A stretch of 62,819 nucleotides of DNA, filler included, from 6 parts of 6 records of this genome joined end to end with filler, not necessarily neighbours in it, one strand, 5' to 3'; shown: positions 12,374 to 21,916, numbered from the whole stretch's first letter. Program-made: numbers and translations. The notes: generated from the letters alone by a model not told the origin.

Positions 12374-12517
12374 GGACGGCAGCGACCCTCTGCCCTGACC
12401 GGGAAAGAACACATCTCACATTCGCGGTCGGCAATATTAAACTTGCAAGTGGTGCGAGCGCTGCATTTGATACCCCCTGCGTTGTTTGCGCATTTGGTGT
12501 TCAGGAAAGGTATTGAA

Positions 12518-13222
12518 ATGTGGTTTCGCTCTATTGGCTTGATGATGTCCGGATTAGCGCTTGCCGCCTGTAGTCGTCCCATGACTGATGGCGAGATTAC
12601 TTACGGGTCACAGTATTTTACGCAGAACCTGGCGTTTGAAGATGTGCGGTTTTCCGGGAACGAGGCCCGAGGGCGCAGAGTTGCGAAGCAGCAGTTGGAA
12701 CGCGAACTCGGAACAGCGGCGGGCAGCGCCAGCGAAAACTCGCAAAAGATTGCGTCCCTGCCATCACTGTTCGGCGCCGACGCACTGGTGGTGGGCAATA
12801 CCGTGTTCTTTGACCGTGAATACTATTCGTCGGATATCTCTCAAAGCCCAATCAACAGTGACCGATGGTTGATGGCGCATGAACTGACCCATGTGTGGCA
12901 GTATCAGAACCGCGACATGATCGGGTACAGCTTTGCCAAGGTGGTCTCGGAGCATGTCAGGTTCGGGGATGACGTCTATGATTATACGCTGGTGAACGGA
13001 AAGCGCTTTACCGAGTATCGCTTTGAACAACAGGGCAAAATCGTCGAGTGCTACGCCATGTTGAAAGAAATCTCGCCCAATGGTGCAAACACGCGCAAAC
13101 ATGAAAAGTTGATCCGGGCCGAGTTTCCTCTGGACACTGTAATGGCACGGATCGGGATGGGTGCTGGCGATGTGATCCGCGTGCGTGAAGCCGTGCAGAT
13201 GCAGGAGTGTGACGGCCAATGA
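12518..13222 (+). CDS. Lipoprotein with DUF4157-like zincin (HExxH) domain
   Basis: Lipobox LAAC; A.VVGNTVFF...WLMAHELTHVWQYQ...F.EY..EQQG.IVE. Confidence 0.75.
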   Translation: MWFRSIGLMMSGLALAACSRPMTDGEITYGSQYFTQNLAFEDVRFSGNEARGRRVAKQQLERELGTAAGSASENSQKIASLPSLFGADALVVGNTVFFDREYYSSDISQSPINSDRWLMAHELTHVWQYQNRDMIGYSFAKVVSEHVRFGDDVYDYTLVNGKRFTEYRFEQQGKIVECYAMLKEISPNGANTRKHEKLIRAEFPLDTVMARIGMGAGDVIRVREAVQMQECDGQ

Positions 13223-13299
13223 CGGTACCGTCTGGCTGGTTCCCGGTCGGGGGGAGGCTTGGGTATTGCGCGGGGCACGATAAAAATTCAAATGCCCCC

Positions 13300-13330
13300 T
13301 TGAGCCTCCAGTGACTGGAACCCCTACATG
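13300..13330 (+). promoter_or_regulatory. MerR/CueR-type promoter and operator for copA
   Basis: -35 TTGAGC, 19-nt spacer containing the inverted repeat TCCAGT-G-ACTGGA (13307-13319), -10-like TACATG. Confidence 0.7.
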
Positions 13331-13360
13331 GAACACAACTGGCAATAACGGAGTCGTTCC

Positions 13361-15838
13361 ATGACCCAACCGATCACCACCCGCCTCTCGATTGAGGGCA
13401 TGACCTGCGCCGGATGCGTGGGCCGTGTCGACCGCACCCTGGCCGCGCTGCCGGGGCTGAGTGATGTCTCGGTGAACCTCGCCAATGAGACCGCACTGAT
13501 CACCGCCACCACCCCGCAGGCGTTGCAGCAGGCTGACAGCGCCCTGCGTGATCTTGGCAAACCGGCGCGGCACCAGACTGTGCAGTTGTCCATTGAGGGC
13601 ATGACCTGCGGCAGCTGCGTGGGCCGCGTGGAACGTGCGATCCAGGCGCTGCCCGGCGTGGTCTCGGCCCAAGTGAACCTCGCCGCCGAAAGCGCCCAGG
13701 TGGAGATCCTGCAAGGCGTGGCGACCCCCGCTCAGGTGGCGGCGGCCAGCACGGAGGCTGGCTATCGCGCCCGCCCGGCAGAGGCGAACGACAGCGAGGA
13801 CCGCAGCGCCCGGAAGGATCGTGAAGCGCGTGATCTGCGTCGTCAGGTCTGGATCGCCGCCGTGCTGACCCTGCCGGTGTTCCTGTTGGAAATGGGCGGT
13901 CACATGGTCCCGGCGGTGCATCACTGGATCGCACGAACCATCGGGATGCAGACCTCATGGATAATACAGGCAGTGCTGACCACGGCGGTGCTGTTCTTCC
14001 CCGGTCGGGCTTTTTTCACGCTGGGTCTGCCCGCCTTGCGCAAGGGCGCGCCGGATATGAACAGCCTTGTGGCGCTGGGGGCAGGGGCCGCGTGGATCTA
14101 CTCCTTGGTGGCGACCTTCGTCCCGGCGCTGCTGCCCGCCGATGTGCGTGCGGTTTATTTCGAGGCGGCGGCGATGATCGTGACCCTGATCCTGATTGGC
14201 CGCTGGCTGGAGGCCCGCGCCAAGGGCCGCACCGGTGCCGCCATTCAGGCGCTTGTGGGCCTGCAGGCCCGTCATGCCCGACGGCTCACGCAGGACGGCC
14301 AGCCCGAGGATGTGGATGTGGATGATCTTGCCCCCGGTGATCGCATCCTTGTGCGTCCCGGCGAACGCATCCCCACCGACGGCGAGGTGCTGGAGGGCAG
14401 CGCCCATGTGGATGAGAGCATGATTTCGGGCGAGCCGATCCCGGTCGAGAAATCCGCCGGCGCTGCGGTCACCGGCGGGACTGTAAATGGCGAGGGCAGC
14501 CTCACCGTGCATGTGACCCGGACTGGCGCGGACACGACGCTGGCGCAGATCATCCGCATGGTGGAGGACGCGCAGGGCGCCAAACTGCCGATCCAGAGCC
14601 TCGTGGACAAGGTCACCCTGCGCTTTGTGCCGGTGGTGATGGGGCTGGCGCTGCTGACGGTGGCGGTGTGGCTGATGGTGGGGCCGGAGCCGACAGTGAC
14701 CAACGCATTGGTGGCCGGGGTGTCGGTGCTGATCATCGCCTGCCCCTGCGCCATGGGGCTGGCGACGCCGACCTCGATCATGGTGGGCACGGGCCGCGCG
14801 GCAGAGCTTGGCGTGCTATTTCGCAAGGGCGACGCGCTGCAATCCCTCAATGAGGTCGACATCATCGCCTTTGACAAGACCGGCACCCTGACCGAGGGTC
14901 GCCCGTCACTGGTGGCGCTGCACCCGACTGCAGGGTTTGAGCGCGCCGCGGTGCTGGGCGCGGTGGCTGCGGTGGAGGCACGTTCTGAGCATCCCATCGC
15001 CCGCGCGCTGGTGACGGCCGCACGGGAGGAGGGCCTGACCCTCGCAGAGGTCAGCGACTTCCAAAGCCACACAGCACGCGGTGTCACCGCCAGGGTTGCC
15101 GGGCGCGAGATTCATATCGGCAGCGCGCGGCTGATGTCAGAGGCCGGGATCAGCGTTGATGCGCTGGCGGCAGAGGCGCTGGAACGCGCCAACCGGGGCG
15201 AAAGCGTGCTCTACACCGCCATCGACGGCCAGCTTGCGGCGTTGCTGGCGGTGGCAGACCCGATCAAACCGACCAGTGCCGCAGCAATCAAAGCGCTGCG
15301 GGCGATGGGCAAGGATGTGGCGATGATCTCTGGCGATGCCCCCGCCACGGCAGAGGCCATTGCCCGCGATCTGGGCATCAGCCATGTGGTCGCAGGCGTT
15401 GCGCCCGAAGGTAAAGTGGCCGCGCTCAAGGATCTTGCCTCGCGTGGGCGCAAGCTGGGCTTTGTCGGGGATGGGATCAACGACGCACCGGCCTTGGCGC
15501 AGGCAGACGTAGGCATCGCCATTGGCACCGGTACCGACGTGGCCATCGAGGCTGGTGATGTGGTGCTGATGTCAGGCGATCTGGGCGGTGTGGTGACGGC
15601 GATCCATATTTCGCACAAGACGCTGGTGAATATCCGCCAGAACCTCGGCTGGGCCTTTGTCTATAACGCGGCACTGATACCGCTGGCGGCGGGCGCGCTC
15701 TATCCCGCGTTCGGCATATTGCTCTCGCCGGTCTTTGCCGCCGGGGCGATGGCACTGTCATCTGTCTCGGTGCTGACCAACGCGCTGCGGCTGCGCCGCG
15801 CAGGCCGGGGGATCGGAGCGGAGCCGCAGGGCAACTGA
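13361..15838 (+). CDS. copA: Cu(I)-translocating P1B-type ATPase
   Basis: Two GMTCxxC metal-binding domains, SGEPIP actuator, CPCAMGLATP, DKTGT, SEHP, GDGINDAPAL, YN and MALSS motifs. Confidence 0.95.
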   Translation: MTQPITTRLSIEGMTCAGCVGRVDRTLAALPGLSDVSVNLANETALITATTPQALQQADSALRDLGKPARHQTVQLSIEGMTCGSCVGRVERAIQALPGVVSAQVNLAAESAQVEILQGVATPAQVAAASTEAGYRARPAEANDSEDRSARKDREARDLRRQVWIAAVLTLPVFLLEMGGHMVPAVHHWIARTIGMQTSWIIQAVLTTAVLFFPGRAFFTLGLPALRKGAPDMNSLVALGAGAAWIYSLVATFVPALLPADVRAVYFEAAAMIVTLILIGRWLEARAKGRTGAAIQALVGLQARHARRLTQDGQPEDVDVDDLAPGDRILVRPGERIPTDGEVLEGSAHVDESMISGEPIPVEKSAGAAVTGGTVNGEGSLTVHVTRTGADTTLAQIIRMVEDAQGAKLPIQSLVDKVTLRFVPVVMGLALLTVAVWLMVGPEPTVTNALVAGVSVLIIACPCAMGLATPTSIMVGTGRAAELGVLFRKGDALQSLNEVDIIAFDKTGTLTEGRPSLVALHPTAGFERAAVLGAVAAVEARSEHPIARALVTAAREEGLTLAEVSDFQSHTARGVTARVAGREIHIGSARLMSEAGISVDALAAEALERANRGESVLYTAIDGQLAALLAVADPIKPTSAAAIKALRAMGKDVAMISGDAPATAEAIARDLGISHVVAGVAPEGKVAALKDLASRGRKLGFVGDGINDAPALAQADVGIAIGTGTDVAIEAGDVVLMSGDLGGVVTAIHISHKTLVNIRQNLGWAFVYNAALIPLAAGALYPAFGILLSPVFAAGAMALSSVSVLTNALRLRRAGRGIGAEPQGN

Positions 15839-15846
15839 TGGTTGTG

Positions 15847-15876
15847 ACCGGCGGGGCAGGGTGCCGCCCCGCCGGT
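15847..15876. terminator. GC-rich hairpin between convergent copA and MFS genes
   Basis: ACCGGCGGGGC / GCCCCGCCGGT 11-bp stem; weak U tract. Confidence 0.5.
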
Positions 15877-15910
15877 TCTGCATGCCTCTCGTCGGGCGAC
15901 CGGTGCGGTC

Positions 15911-17107
15911 TCAGATCCCGTCGCGGGCCGGGAGGGCACTCAGTCGCAGACTGCCCCAAACCGCAAAGAGCACAACCGTGAGCCCGGCGCAGAGGGCGAC
16001 CCCAAAGGCCGCCGCGGGCCCGTGGAGATCGACCATCTGACCAGATAGTGCCGCCCCAAGCGCCACCCCGATGTTCAGCCCCGCCAGCAGCCAGGTCATG
16101 CCCTCGGTAAGCTGATGGTCCGGCGCGACTTTCTCCACCAGCGACATCGCCACGATCATGGTCGGCGCAAAGAACAAGCCTGCGACAAACACCGCCGCCG
16201 CAAGGCTGGGGAGACCACTCACTCCCATCAGCGGCACCGTCGCGGCCGCCGTCGCCAGACCGCCCCAGAGCAGCAGCCGATGCAGTGGAATTTCGAGGAC
16301 AATCCCGCCAAAGACCAGCCCCGCCAGACAGGATCCTGCTGCATAGGCCGCCAGGACAGCGCTCGCCATAGCCGGGCGGCCAAGGTGTTCGGCAAAGGCA
16401 ACGCTGGTAATGTCCACCGTCCCGACGATGATTCCCATGGCGACCAGCAGCAAAGTCAGCAGACGGATGTCGGCCCGCCGGATCAGAGAAGCTGCGCGCG
16501 ATATCCCCGGGTCAGTGATCGGAGGCTCCGTACGGTGCTGCACCACCAGCGCGAGGGTGCCAACCGCCAGTATCGCTGCGGCAGCCAGAACACCGGCTTC
16601 GGGAAAACCCATGATGCTCAGTCCAACCGAGAGGGGGGGACCGGCGATGAATGTCACCTCGTCCAAAACCGTTTCCAGCGAATAGGCCGTCTGCAATCCG
16701 GGCCGCCCGCGAAAGAGCGCCGACCAGCGCGCCCGTATCATCGCCGAAATGCTCGGCATGGCACCGGACAACACCGCGCCAGAAAACAGCAGCCATAGGG
16801 GGGCCTGCCAGGCCGAGGCCATAACCAGCAGCGCCAGCCCGATGAGGCTGATCATCGTTGCCAGTGGCAGAACGCGGCGTTGTCCGAACCGATCCACCAG
16901 ACGTGAGACCTGTGGCGACAGCACCGCATAGGTCAGCACAAAGCTGGCAGCGACACCCCCTGCCAGCGTGTAGCTGCCGCTGCGCTGCGACAGCATCGTT
17001 ATGATGCCGATACCCGTCATCGGCAGCGCCAACCGTCCCAGTAGCCCGGCACCGGCAAATGCCGCCGCACCCGGGGCGTGAAATAAGGTCCGATATGGAT
17101 TTTTCAT
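15911..17107 (-). CDS. MFS transporter
   Basis: About 12 hydrophobic helices; motif A SRLVDRFGQRRV. Confidence 0.92.
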   Translation of the reverse strand: MKNPYRTLFHAPGAAAFAGAGLLGRLALPMTGIGIITMLSQRSGSYTLAGGVAASFVLTYAVLSPQVSRLVDRFGQRRVLPLATMISLIGLALLVMASAWQAPLWLLFSGAVLSGAMPSISAMIRARWSALFRGRPGLQTAYSLETVLDEVTFIAGPPLSVGLSIMGFPEAGVLAAAAILAVGTLALVVQHRTEPPITDPGISRAASLIRRADIRLLTLLLVAMGIIVGTVDITSVAFAEHLGRPAMASAVLAAYAAGSCLAGLVFGGIVLEIPLHRLLLWGGLATAAATVPLMGVSGLPSLAAAVFVAGLFFAPTMIVAMSLVEKVAPDHQLTEGMTWLLAGLNIGVALGAALSGQMVDLHGPAAAFGVALCAGLTVVLFAVWGSLRLSALPARDGI

Positions 17108-17157
17108 GTGAGTCTCCGTTCCCCGTCTTGTCAGGCAGCCCCGACGCGGGCATTAAC

Positions 17158-17225
17158 ATACAGTCCGTATCAAAGAGAGCTACAATGATACGCACCGTAT
17201 GTAAATAATCATACGATGCGTATGT
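17158..17225. promoter_or_regulatory. Three ATAC-N5-GTAT palindromes, putative TetR operators
   Basis: ATACAGTCCGTAT (17158), ATACGCACCGTAT (17188), ATACGATGCGTAT (17211) between divergent MFS and TetR genes. Confidence 0.7.
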
Positions 17226-17236
17226 CAGGAGGAAAC

Positions 17237-17839
17237 ATGGTGCGTCGTACGCGCGCAGAAACCGAAGAAACCCGTCTCTCCCTGATCGAGACAGCGCGCA
17301 GGGTCTTTGCGCAGCAGGGGTTTGCCAAGACGTCGATGGATGATCTGACGGCACAGGCCGGGCTGACTCGAGGCGCGCTCTATCATCACTTCGGTGACAA
17401 GAAGGGCCTGCTGGCAGCGGTGGTGCAGCAGATCGATCAGGAAATGGATGATCGCCTGACACAGATCTCGGATGCTGCCCGCAGCCCGTGGGCGGGATTT
17501 CAGGAGCGGTGCCATGCCTATCTGGAGATGGCGCTGGAGCCGGAGTTCCAGCGGATCGTACTGCGGGACGCCAAGGCAGTGCTTGGAGAGCGCACCGAGG
17601 ATCAGGGCCAGTGTATCGCAACCATGCGACAGCTGATCGACGAGATGATCCGCGCCGGAGAGATCGAGGATACCGATGCAGAAGCGCTGGCGCTCCTGAT
17701 CTTTGGCAGCCTGGCCGAGGCCTCCGGCTGGATCGCCGAAGCAGAGGACAGTTCCGCCCGTCTGGCGCGCGCCAGAGCTGCACTGAACCTGCTTTTGCGC
17801 GGCATTCCCCGGCATGCCCCCTCTGTCGCCACGGGGTGA
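17237..17839 (+). CDS. TetR/AcrR family transcriptional regulator
   Basis: MVRRTRAE..ETR..LI..A...F...G...TS.DDL...AGLTRGALYHHF.DK; AGGAGG RBS. Confidence 0.95.
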   Translation: MVRRTRAETEETRLSLIETARRVFAQQGFAKTSMDDLTAQAGLTRGALYHHFGDKKGLLAAVVQQIDQEMDDRLTQISDAARSPWAGFQERCHAYLEMALEPEFQRIVLRDAKAVLGERTEDQGQCIATMRQLIDEMIRAGEIEDTDAEALALLIFGSLAEASGWIAEAEDSSARLARARAALNLLLRGIPRHAPSVATG

Positions 17840-17940
17840 ACGACGGTTTTGCACGGCTGGCGTGCGCCGCATGATGTCACCGGCTTGCACTTTTTGCAGT
17901 TTGCTGAAATTTTATGCGCAGCCAGAAGGAGATATGGCAT

Positions 17941-19089
17941 ATGCAGCGCATTCTGAGATCGCTTGGCCCGGCAGTGGCTCATGTCTCGCCGATCGAGGCC
18001 CTGCGTGCTGGCCTGGGCGCCTGCGTCGGCCTTGGCGTGGTGGGGCTGGCCCTGTTGTCGCCGGGGATTGATCTGACCGCGGGCCTCTATCTCGTGGCGC
18101 CCTTCGGGGCCAGTTCGGTACTGTTGTTTGCAGTTCCCAACAGCCCGTTGGCACAGCCCTGGTCCGCTGTCGTCGGCAATACGATCGCCGCTGTGGTGGG
18201 CGTGGCAGTGACGCTGCTGGTGGCCGACCCCGCCTTGCGGGTGGCGCTGGCGGTTGGCCTTGCCATCACCGCCACCATCCTGTGCCGTGCGGTCCACCCC
18301 CCCGCCGGGGCGGTTGCGATGACTGCTGCCCTCAGCCCGGAGGCGGTCGATCATCTGGGGTTCTGGTTTGCGCTGACGCCCGTGGCAACTGGCACAGTGG
18401 CCCTTGTGGCGCTGGCCGCACTCTATGCGCGGCTGACCGGGCGCCACTATCCCTTCCGGCAGTTCGACGCCTCCGGACAGCATGGCACCGAGGATCGCAG
18501 CCCGTTTGAACGTCTGGGCCTGTCAGAGACGGAGCTGACCGAAGTGCTTGAGCGCTATCGCCAGTCCTTCAATCTCGGCGTTGAGGACCTCGCCCGGCTG
18601 ATCGGCGCGGCAGAGCTTCAGGCGGCGGCCCACAGCAGCGGCCCACTCAGCGCCGGTGACATCATGTCCCGCGATCTGATCACCGTGCAGGCGGAAACCG
18701 GGATGGGAGATATCGCGGAACTGTTCCGGCAACACAAAGTCACGTCGCTGCCGGTTGTCGGCGCGGATGACCGCTTTCAGGGGGTCATCTTCCAGTTGCA
18801 TCTGATCAGCCGCGCGCGTGCAGATGCCTTGCGTCTGGAGCGTGGCTATCTGGCGGCGCTGCGGCGCTTGCTGGGGCGGGAGTGGGATAAACCGGTGCGC
18901 GCGGGCGAGATCATGTCCGTCGCAGGTCCGCGCGCCAGTACGACCACCCCGGTCAGTGCCCTGTTGCCGATGATGGCGGACAGCGACGTCGATGCGGTGC
19001 CGATCCTCGACGAAGGGCGGCTTGTCGGTATCGTGACCCGCACCGATCTGATCGCGGCAATGGCACGTAAGGCCATACGGGGCGCATGA
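17941..19089 (+). CDS. HPP family membrane protein with C-terminal CBS pair
   Basis: APFGASSVLLFAVPNSPLAQPW, HPPAGAVA, two CBS motifs (DIMSRD..TV; GIVTRTDLI). Confidence 0.93.
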   Translation: MQRILRSLGPAVAHVSPIEALRAGLGACVGLGVVGLALLSPGIDLTAGLYLVAPFGASSVLLFAVPNSPLAQPWSAVVGNTIAAVVGVAVTLLVADPALRVALAVGLAITATILCRAVHPPAGAVAMTAALSPEAVDHLGFWFALTPVATGTVALVALAALYARLTGRHYPFRQFDASGQHGTEDRSPFERLGLSETELTEVLERYRQSFNLGVEDLARLIGAAELQAAAHSSGPLSAGDIMSRDLITVQAETGMGDIAELFRQHKVTSLPVVGADDRFQGVIFQLHLISRARADALRLERGYLAALRRLLGREWDKPVRAGEIMSVAGPRASTTTPVSALLPMMADSDVDAVPILDEGRLVGIVTRTDLIAAMARKAIRGA

Positions 19090-19147
19090 TGAGGGGGGGC
19101 GTCACATATGCGGCGGGCCAGGGGGCGGCTGCGGGAGGCATCTGGCC

Positions 19148-19255
19148 GTGGAGCTGATCCTGACCATCGGGATGGCCTGTGCCGTTGTCGGTCTGATCGG
19201 CTTTGGGTTCTCGTATTACCTGACACCCGAGGATGAAGATGAAGACCGCAGGTGA
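19148..19255 (+). CDS. Putative 35-aa single-pass membrane protein (below the ORF-track cutoff)
   Basis: GGAGG 9 nt before GTG; MELILTIGMACAVVGLIGFGFSYYLTPEDEDEDRR*; codon usage resembles neighbours. Confidence 0.55.
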   Translation: MELILTIGMACAVVGLIGFGFSYYLTPEDEDEDRR

Positions 19256-19274
19256 CCTGTGTCTGCCGCCGGTC

Positions 19275-19931
19275 TTATACCTGTGGTGCGAGGCGAAACA
19301 ACGACAGAAAATCGGCTGCCGCCTCCAGATCTCCCTCGGCGCTTATCATCCCCTGTGACACCAGCGCCGACAGGGGATAGGCACCGTAGATCGCCGCCGC
19401 CATTGTGTTTCCGGTGCCTGTCAGCACGAAGGGCGTGCTGGGCTGGCTGACCGGTGTGGTCTGTAGCCTGCCGCCCGACAGCTGCATTTCAAAGGCTTCG
19501 CTTTCAAAGTCAAATCCCGCCAGCGCGTTGCGTCCGACTGCCAGGTCTGGCACCAGATTGACCCCCATGGAGATCATCAGTGCAGTCGGGCTGATGAACC
19601 GTGTCGGATCATGTCCCGGCACCGTCAGCGCCCAGCGGCACAGCGATTCCAGCACCGGCAGAAGGCCGCGCCCGGAATCAGTCAGCGTGTAGATCCCGAG
19701 GCGCTCGTCATGTGCGACCACATCCGCCTGCAGCAGCTGCGTCAGGCGACCGGTCAGCACGCTCGCCGAGACCCCCGGCAAGCCACTGCGGATCATCTGG
19801 AACCGCTTGGGCGCAAACATCAGCTCACGCACCACCAGCAGTGCCCAGCGATCCCCGATCAGGTTCAGCGCATGGGCCGCAAGGCAGCCTTCGTCATAGC
19901 GGAGGCGCGGCTCTTTCGCCGGTTTAGTCAT
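19275..19931 (-). CDS. HxlR/DUF24 winged-helix regulator with C-terminal SCP2-like extension
   Basis: Y.EGC..AHAL.LIGDRWALLVVREL...PKRF......LPG.S..VL..RL..L. Confidence 0.9.
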   Translation of the reverse strand: MTKPAKEPRLRYDEGCLAAHALNLIGDRWALLVVRELMFAPKRFQMIRSGLPGVSASVLTGRLTQLLQADVVAHDERLGIYTLTDSGRGLLPVLESLCRWALTVPGHDPTRFISPTALMISMGVNLVPDLAVGRNALAGFDFESEAFEMQLSGGRLQTTPVSQPSTPFVLTGTGNTMAAAIYGAYPLSALVSQGMISAEGDLEAAADFLSLFRLAPQV

Positions 19932-20029
19932 CTTTTGGTACTTTCAGTTGTTTTTTACTACTAATACTGCCACGCTTGAATTGCAAGCGGGATTCGCCCG
20001 CTTGGCATTTGACCGAAAGGCAGATTGAC

Positions 20030-20752
20030 ATGACTTATTTTACAGGCGCGGTGGCTGCAGTGCCGACCGCCAACAAGGACAAATACACCGCGCATATCGC
20101 AGCCGCCTGGCCGCTGTTCAAATCCTACGGCGCAACCCGCATGGTGGAGACCTGGGGCGTGGATGTGCCCCACGGCAAAGTCACTGATTTCTACGGTGCT
20201 GTGCAGGCGCAGGAGGACGAGACCATTGTGTTCTCCTGGATCGAGTGGCCCGACAAGGCCGCCGCGGATGCCTCCTGGCAGAAGATGGAGAGCGACCCGG
20301 CGATGAAGGATATGCCGGAAATGCCCTTTGACGGCAGCCGCATGGTGTTTGGTGGTTTTGCGCCGATCTACGAGTCCGGTCAGCGCGACAGGGCAGGGTA
20401 TTATCAGGGCTTCCTGCTGGCGGTCCCCGAGGAGAACAAGCCGCGTTACATCGAAATGGCCGACGAGGGCTGGCAGATGTTCCAGAAGGGCGGCGCGACG
20501 CGCATGGTGGAAACCTGGGGCGTGGATATTCCGCGCGGTAAGGTCACGGATTTCTACCGGGCGACAAAGGCGGACACCGGAGAGATCCCGGTTTTCTCCT
20601 GGATCGAATGGCCCGACCGCGCCAGTTGCGACGCCACCGCGCGCGAGATGGAGGCCGGTATGGGGGATTTCGACATGTCGGCGATGCCCTTTGACGGGAT
20701 GCGCATGATGTGGGGCAGTTTCGAACCCCTGTTTGACTCCGCGGACAGATGA
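20030..20752 (+). CDS. Tandem DUF1428 (YbaA-like) double-domain protein
   Basis: Two copies of VE.WG.D.P.GKVTDF..A......E..VFSWIEWPD...MPFDG.RM..G.F. Confidence 0.9.
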   Translation: MTYFTGAVAAVPTANKDKYTAHIAAAWPLFKSYGATRMVETWGVDVPHGKVTDFYGAVQAQEDETIVFSWIEWPDKAAADASWQKMESDPAMKDMPEMPFDGSRMVFGGFAPIYESGQRDRAGYYQGFLLAVPEENKPRYIEMADEGWQMFQKGGATRMVETWGVDIPRGKVTDFYRATKADTGEIPVFSWIEWPDRASCDATAREMEAGMGDFDMSAMPFDGMRMMWGSFEPLFDSADR

Positions 20753-20778
20753 CATTCTGGAGGGAGGAGGAACCTGCC

Positions 20779-21264
20779 ATGACGATTGCGAAGAACACCA
20801 TCTGCCTGTGGTATGACACGGAGGCCGAAGATGCCGCGCGCTTCTACGCCGAGACATTTCCCGACAGTGCAGTGACCGGCGTGACCCTGGCACCCAGCGA
20901 TTCACCAGCTGCCAAGGCGGGCGATGTACTGACGGTGAATTTCACCGTGCTTGGAATTCCCTGTCTCGGGCTCAACGGTGGGACGACCTACCGCCATAGC
21001 GAGGCCTTCTCCTTCCAGATTTCCACCGAGGATCAGGCGGAGACCGATCACTACTGGAACGCCATTGTTGAGAACGGCGGCGAGGAAAGTGCCTGCGGTT
21101 GGTGCCGCGACCGATGGGGGCTGTCCTGGCAGATCACCCCCCAGGTGCTGATGGAGGCGATGTCCGCCGGTGGCGAGGCGGCAAAACGCGCCTTTGAAGC
21201 GATGATGCCCATGCAGAAGCTCGATGTGGCCGTGATCGAAGAGGCCATCCGCTCGGCGCGCTGA
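20779..21264 (+). CDS. VOC/PhnB-like (3-demethylubiquinone-9 3-methyltransferase family) protein
   Basis: CLWY...AE.AA.FY...F; LNGG; Q.E.D.YWN; CGW..DRWGLSWQI.P. Confidence 0.9.
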   Translation: MTIAKNTICLWYDTEAEDAARFYAETFPDSAVTGVTLAPSDSPAAKAGDVLTVNFTVLGIPCLGLNGGTTYRHSEAFSFQISTEDQAETDHYWNAIVENGGEESACGWCRDRWGLSWQITPQVLMEAMSAGGEAAKRAFEAMMPMQKLDVAVIEEAIRSAR

Positions 21265-21288
21265 TGTCCGCTGCCCAGTTACAAGGAG

Positions 21289-21843
21289 ATGATAAGCATG
21301 TGCCCGGACACCAATCTACGCTGTCGCTGCGGTGCAGTCGAACTGACCGCCGGGCACCGCCCCATCATGAGCACTGAATGCCATTGCACCTCCTGCCGCA
21401 CGGCGGCGGAGGTTCTCGAAGCGCTGCCGGGTGCTCCGTCGCTGCGCGCGCCAACCGGCGGCATTCGCACTGAAATGTATCGCAAGGATCGCGTGTTCTG
21501 CATCAAGGGGGCCGAAAATCTTCGCGAGTACCGCCTGACGCCGGACGCCAAGACCCGCCGGGTGGTGGCGATTTGCTGTAACACTCCGGTTCTGCTGGAT
21601 TTCACTGAGGGGCATTGGGTCGATCTCTACGCGACGCTCTGGCCGGAGGGCAGCCTGCCGCCACTCCAGATGCGCACCATGACCGGAGATATCTCGCCGC
21701 CCGCGACGCTGCCGGGAGACGTGCCCAACCACAAGGCGCATTCCGCCGGGTTCTATGTTCGCCTGATTGCGGCGTGGGTTGCTATGGGCTTTGCTCGACC
21801 CACCATCGACTATGTCGATGGAGCGCTGAAGGTCGGCCACTGA
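21289..21843 (+). CDS. GFA/DUF6151-like zinc-binding (Mss4-like) protein
   Basis: CRCG.V, CHCTSC, T.RVVA.CCNTP. Confidence 0.8.
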   Translation: MISMCPDTNLRCRCGAVELTAGHRPIMSTECHCTSCRTAAEVLEALPGAPSLRAPTGGIRTEMYRKDRVFCIKGAENLREYRLTPDAKTRRVVAICCNTPVLLDFTEGHWVDLYATLWPEGSLPPLQMRTMTGDISPPATLPGDVPNHKAHSAGFYVRLIAAWVAMGFARPTIDYVDGALKVGH

Positions 21844-21916
21844 AGCGACGATCAAGGTCGAAAATACTGCCTCCCAGGGCAGGGCCAGCCGCATCAACCG
21901 GGCCATATATGCTGTC

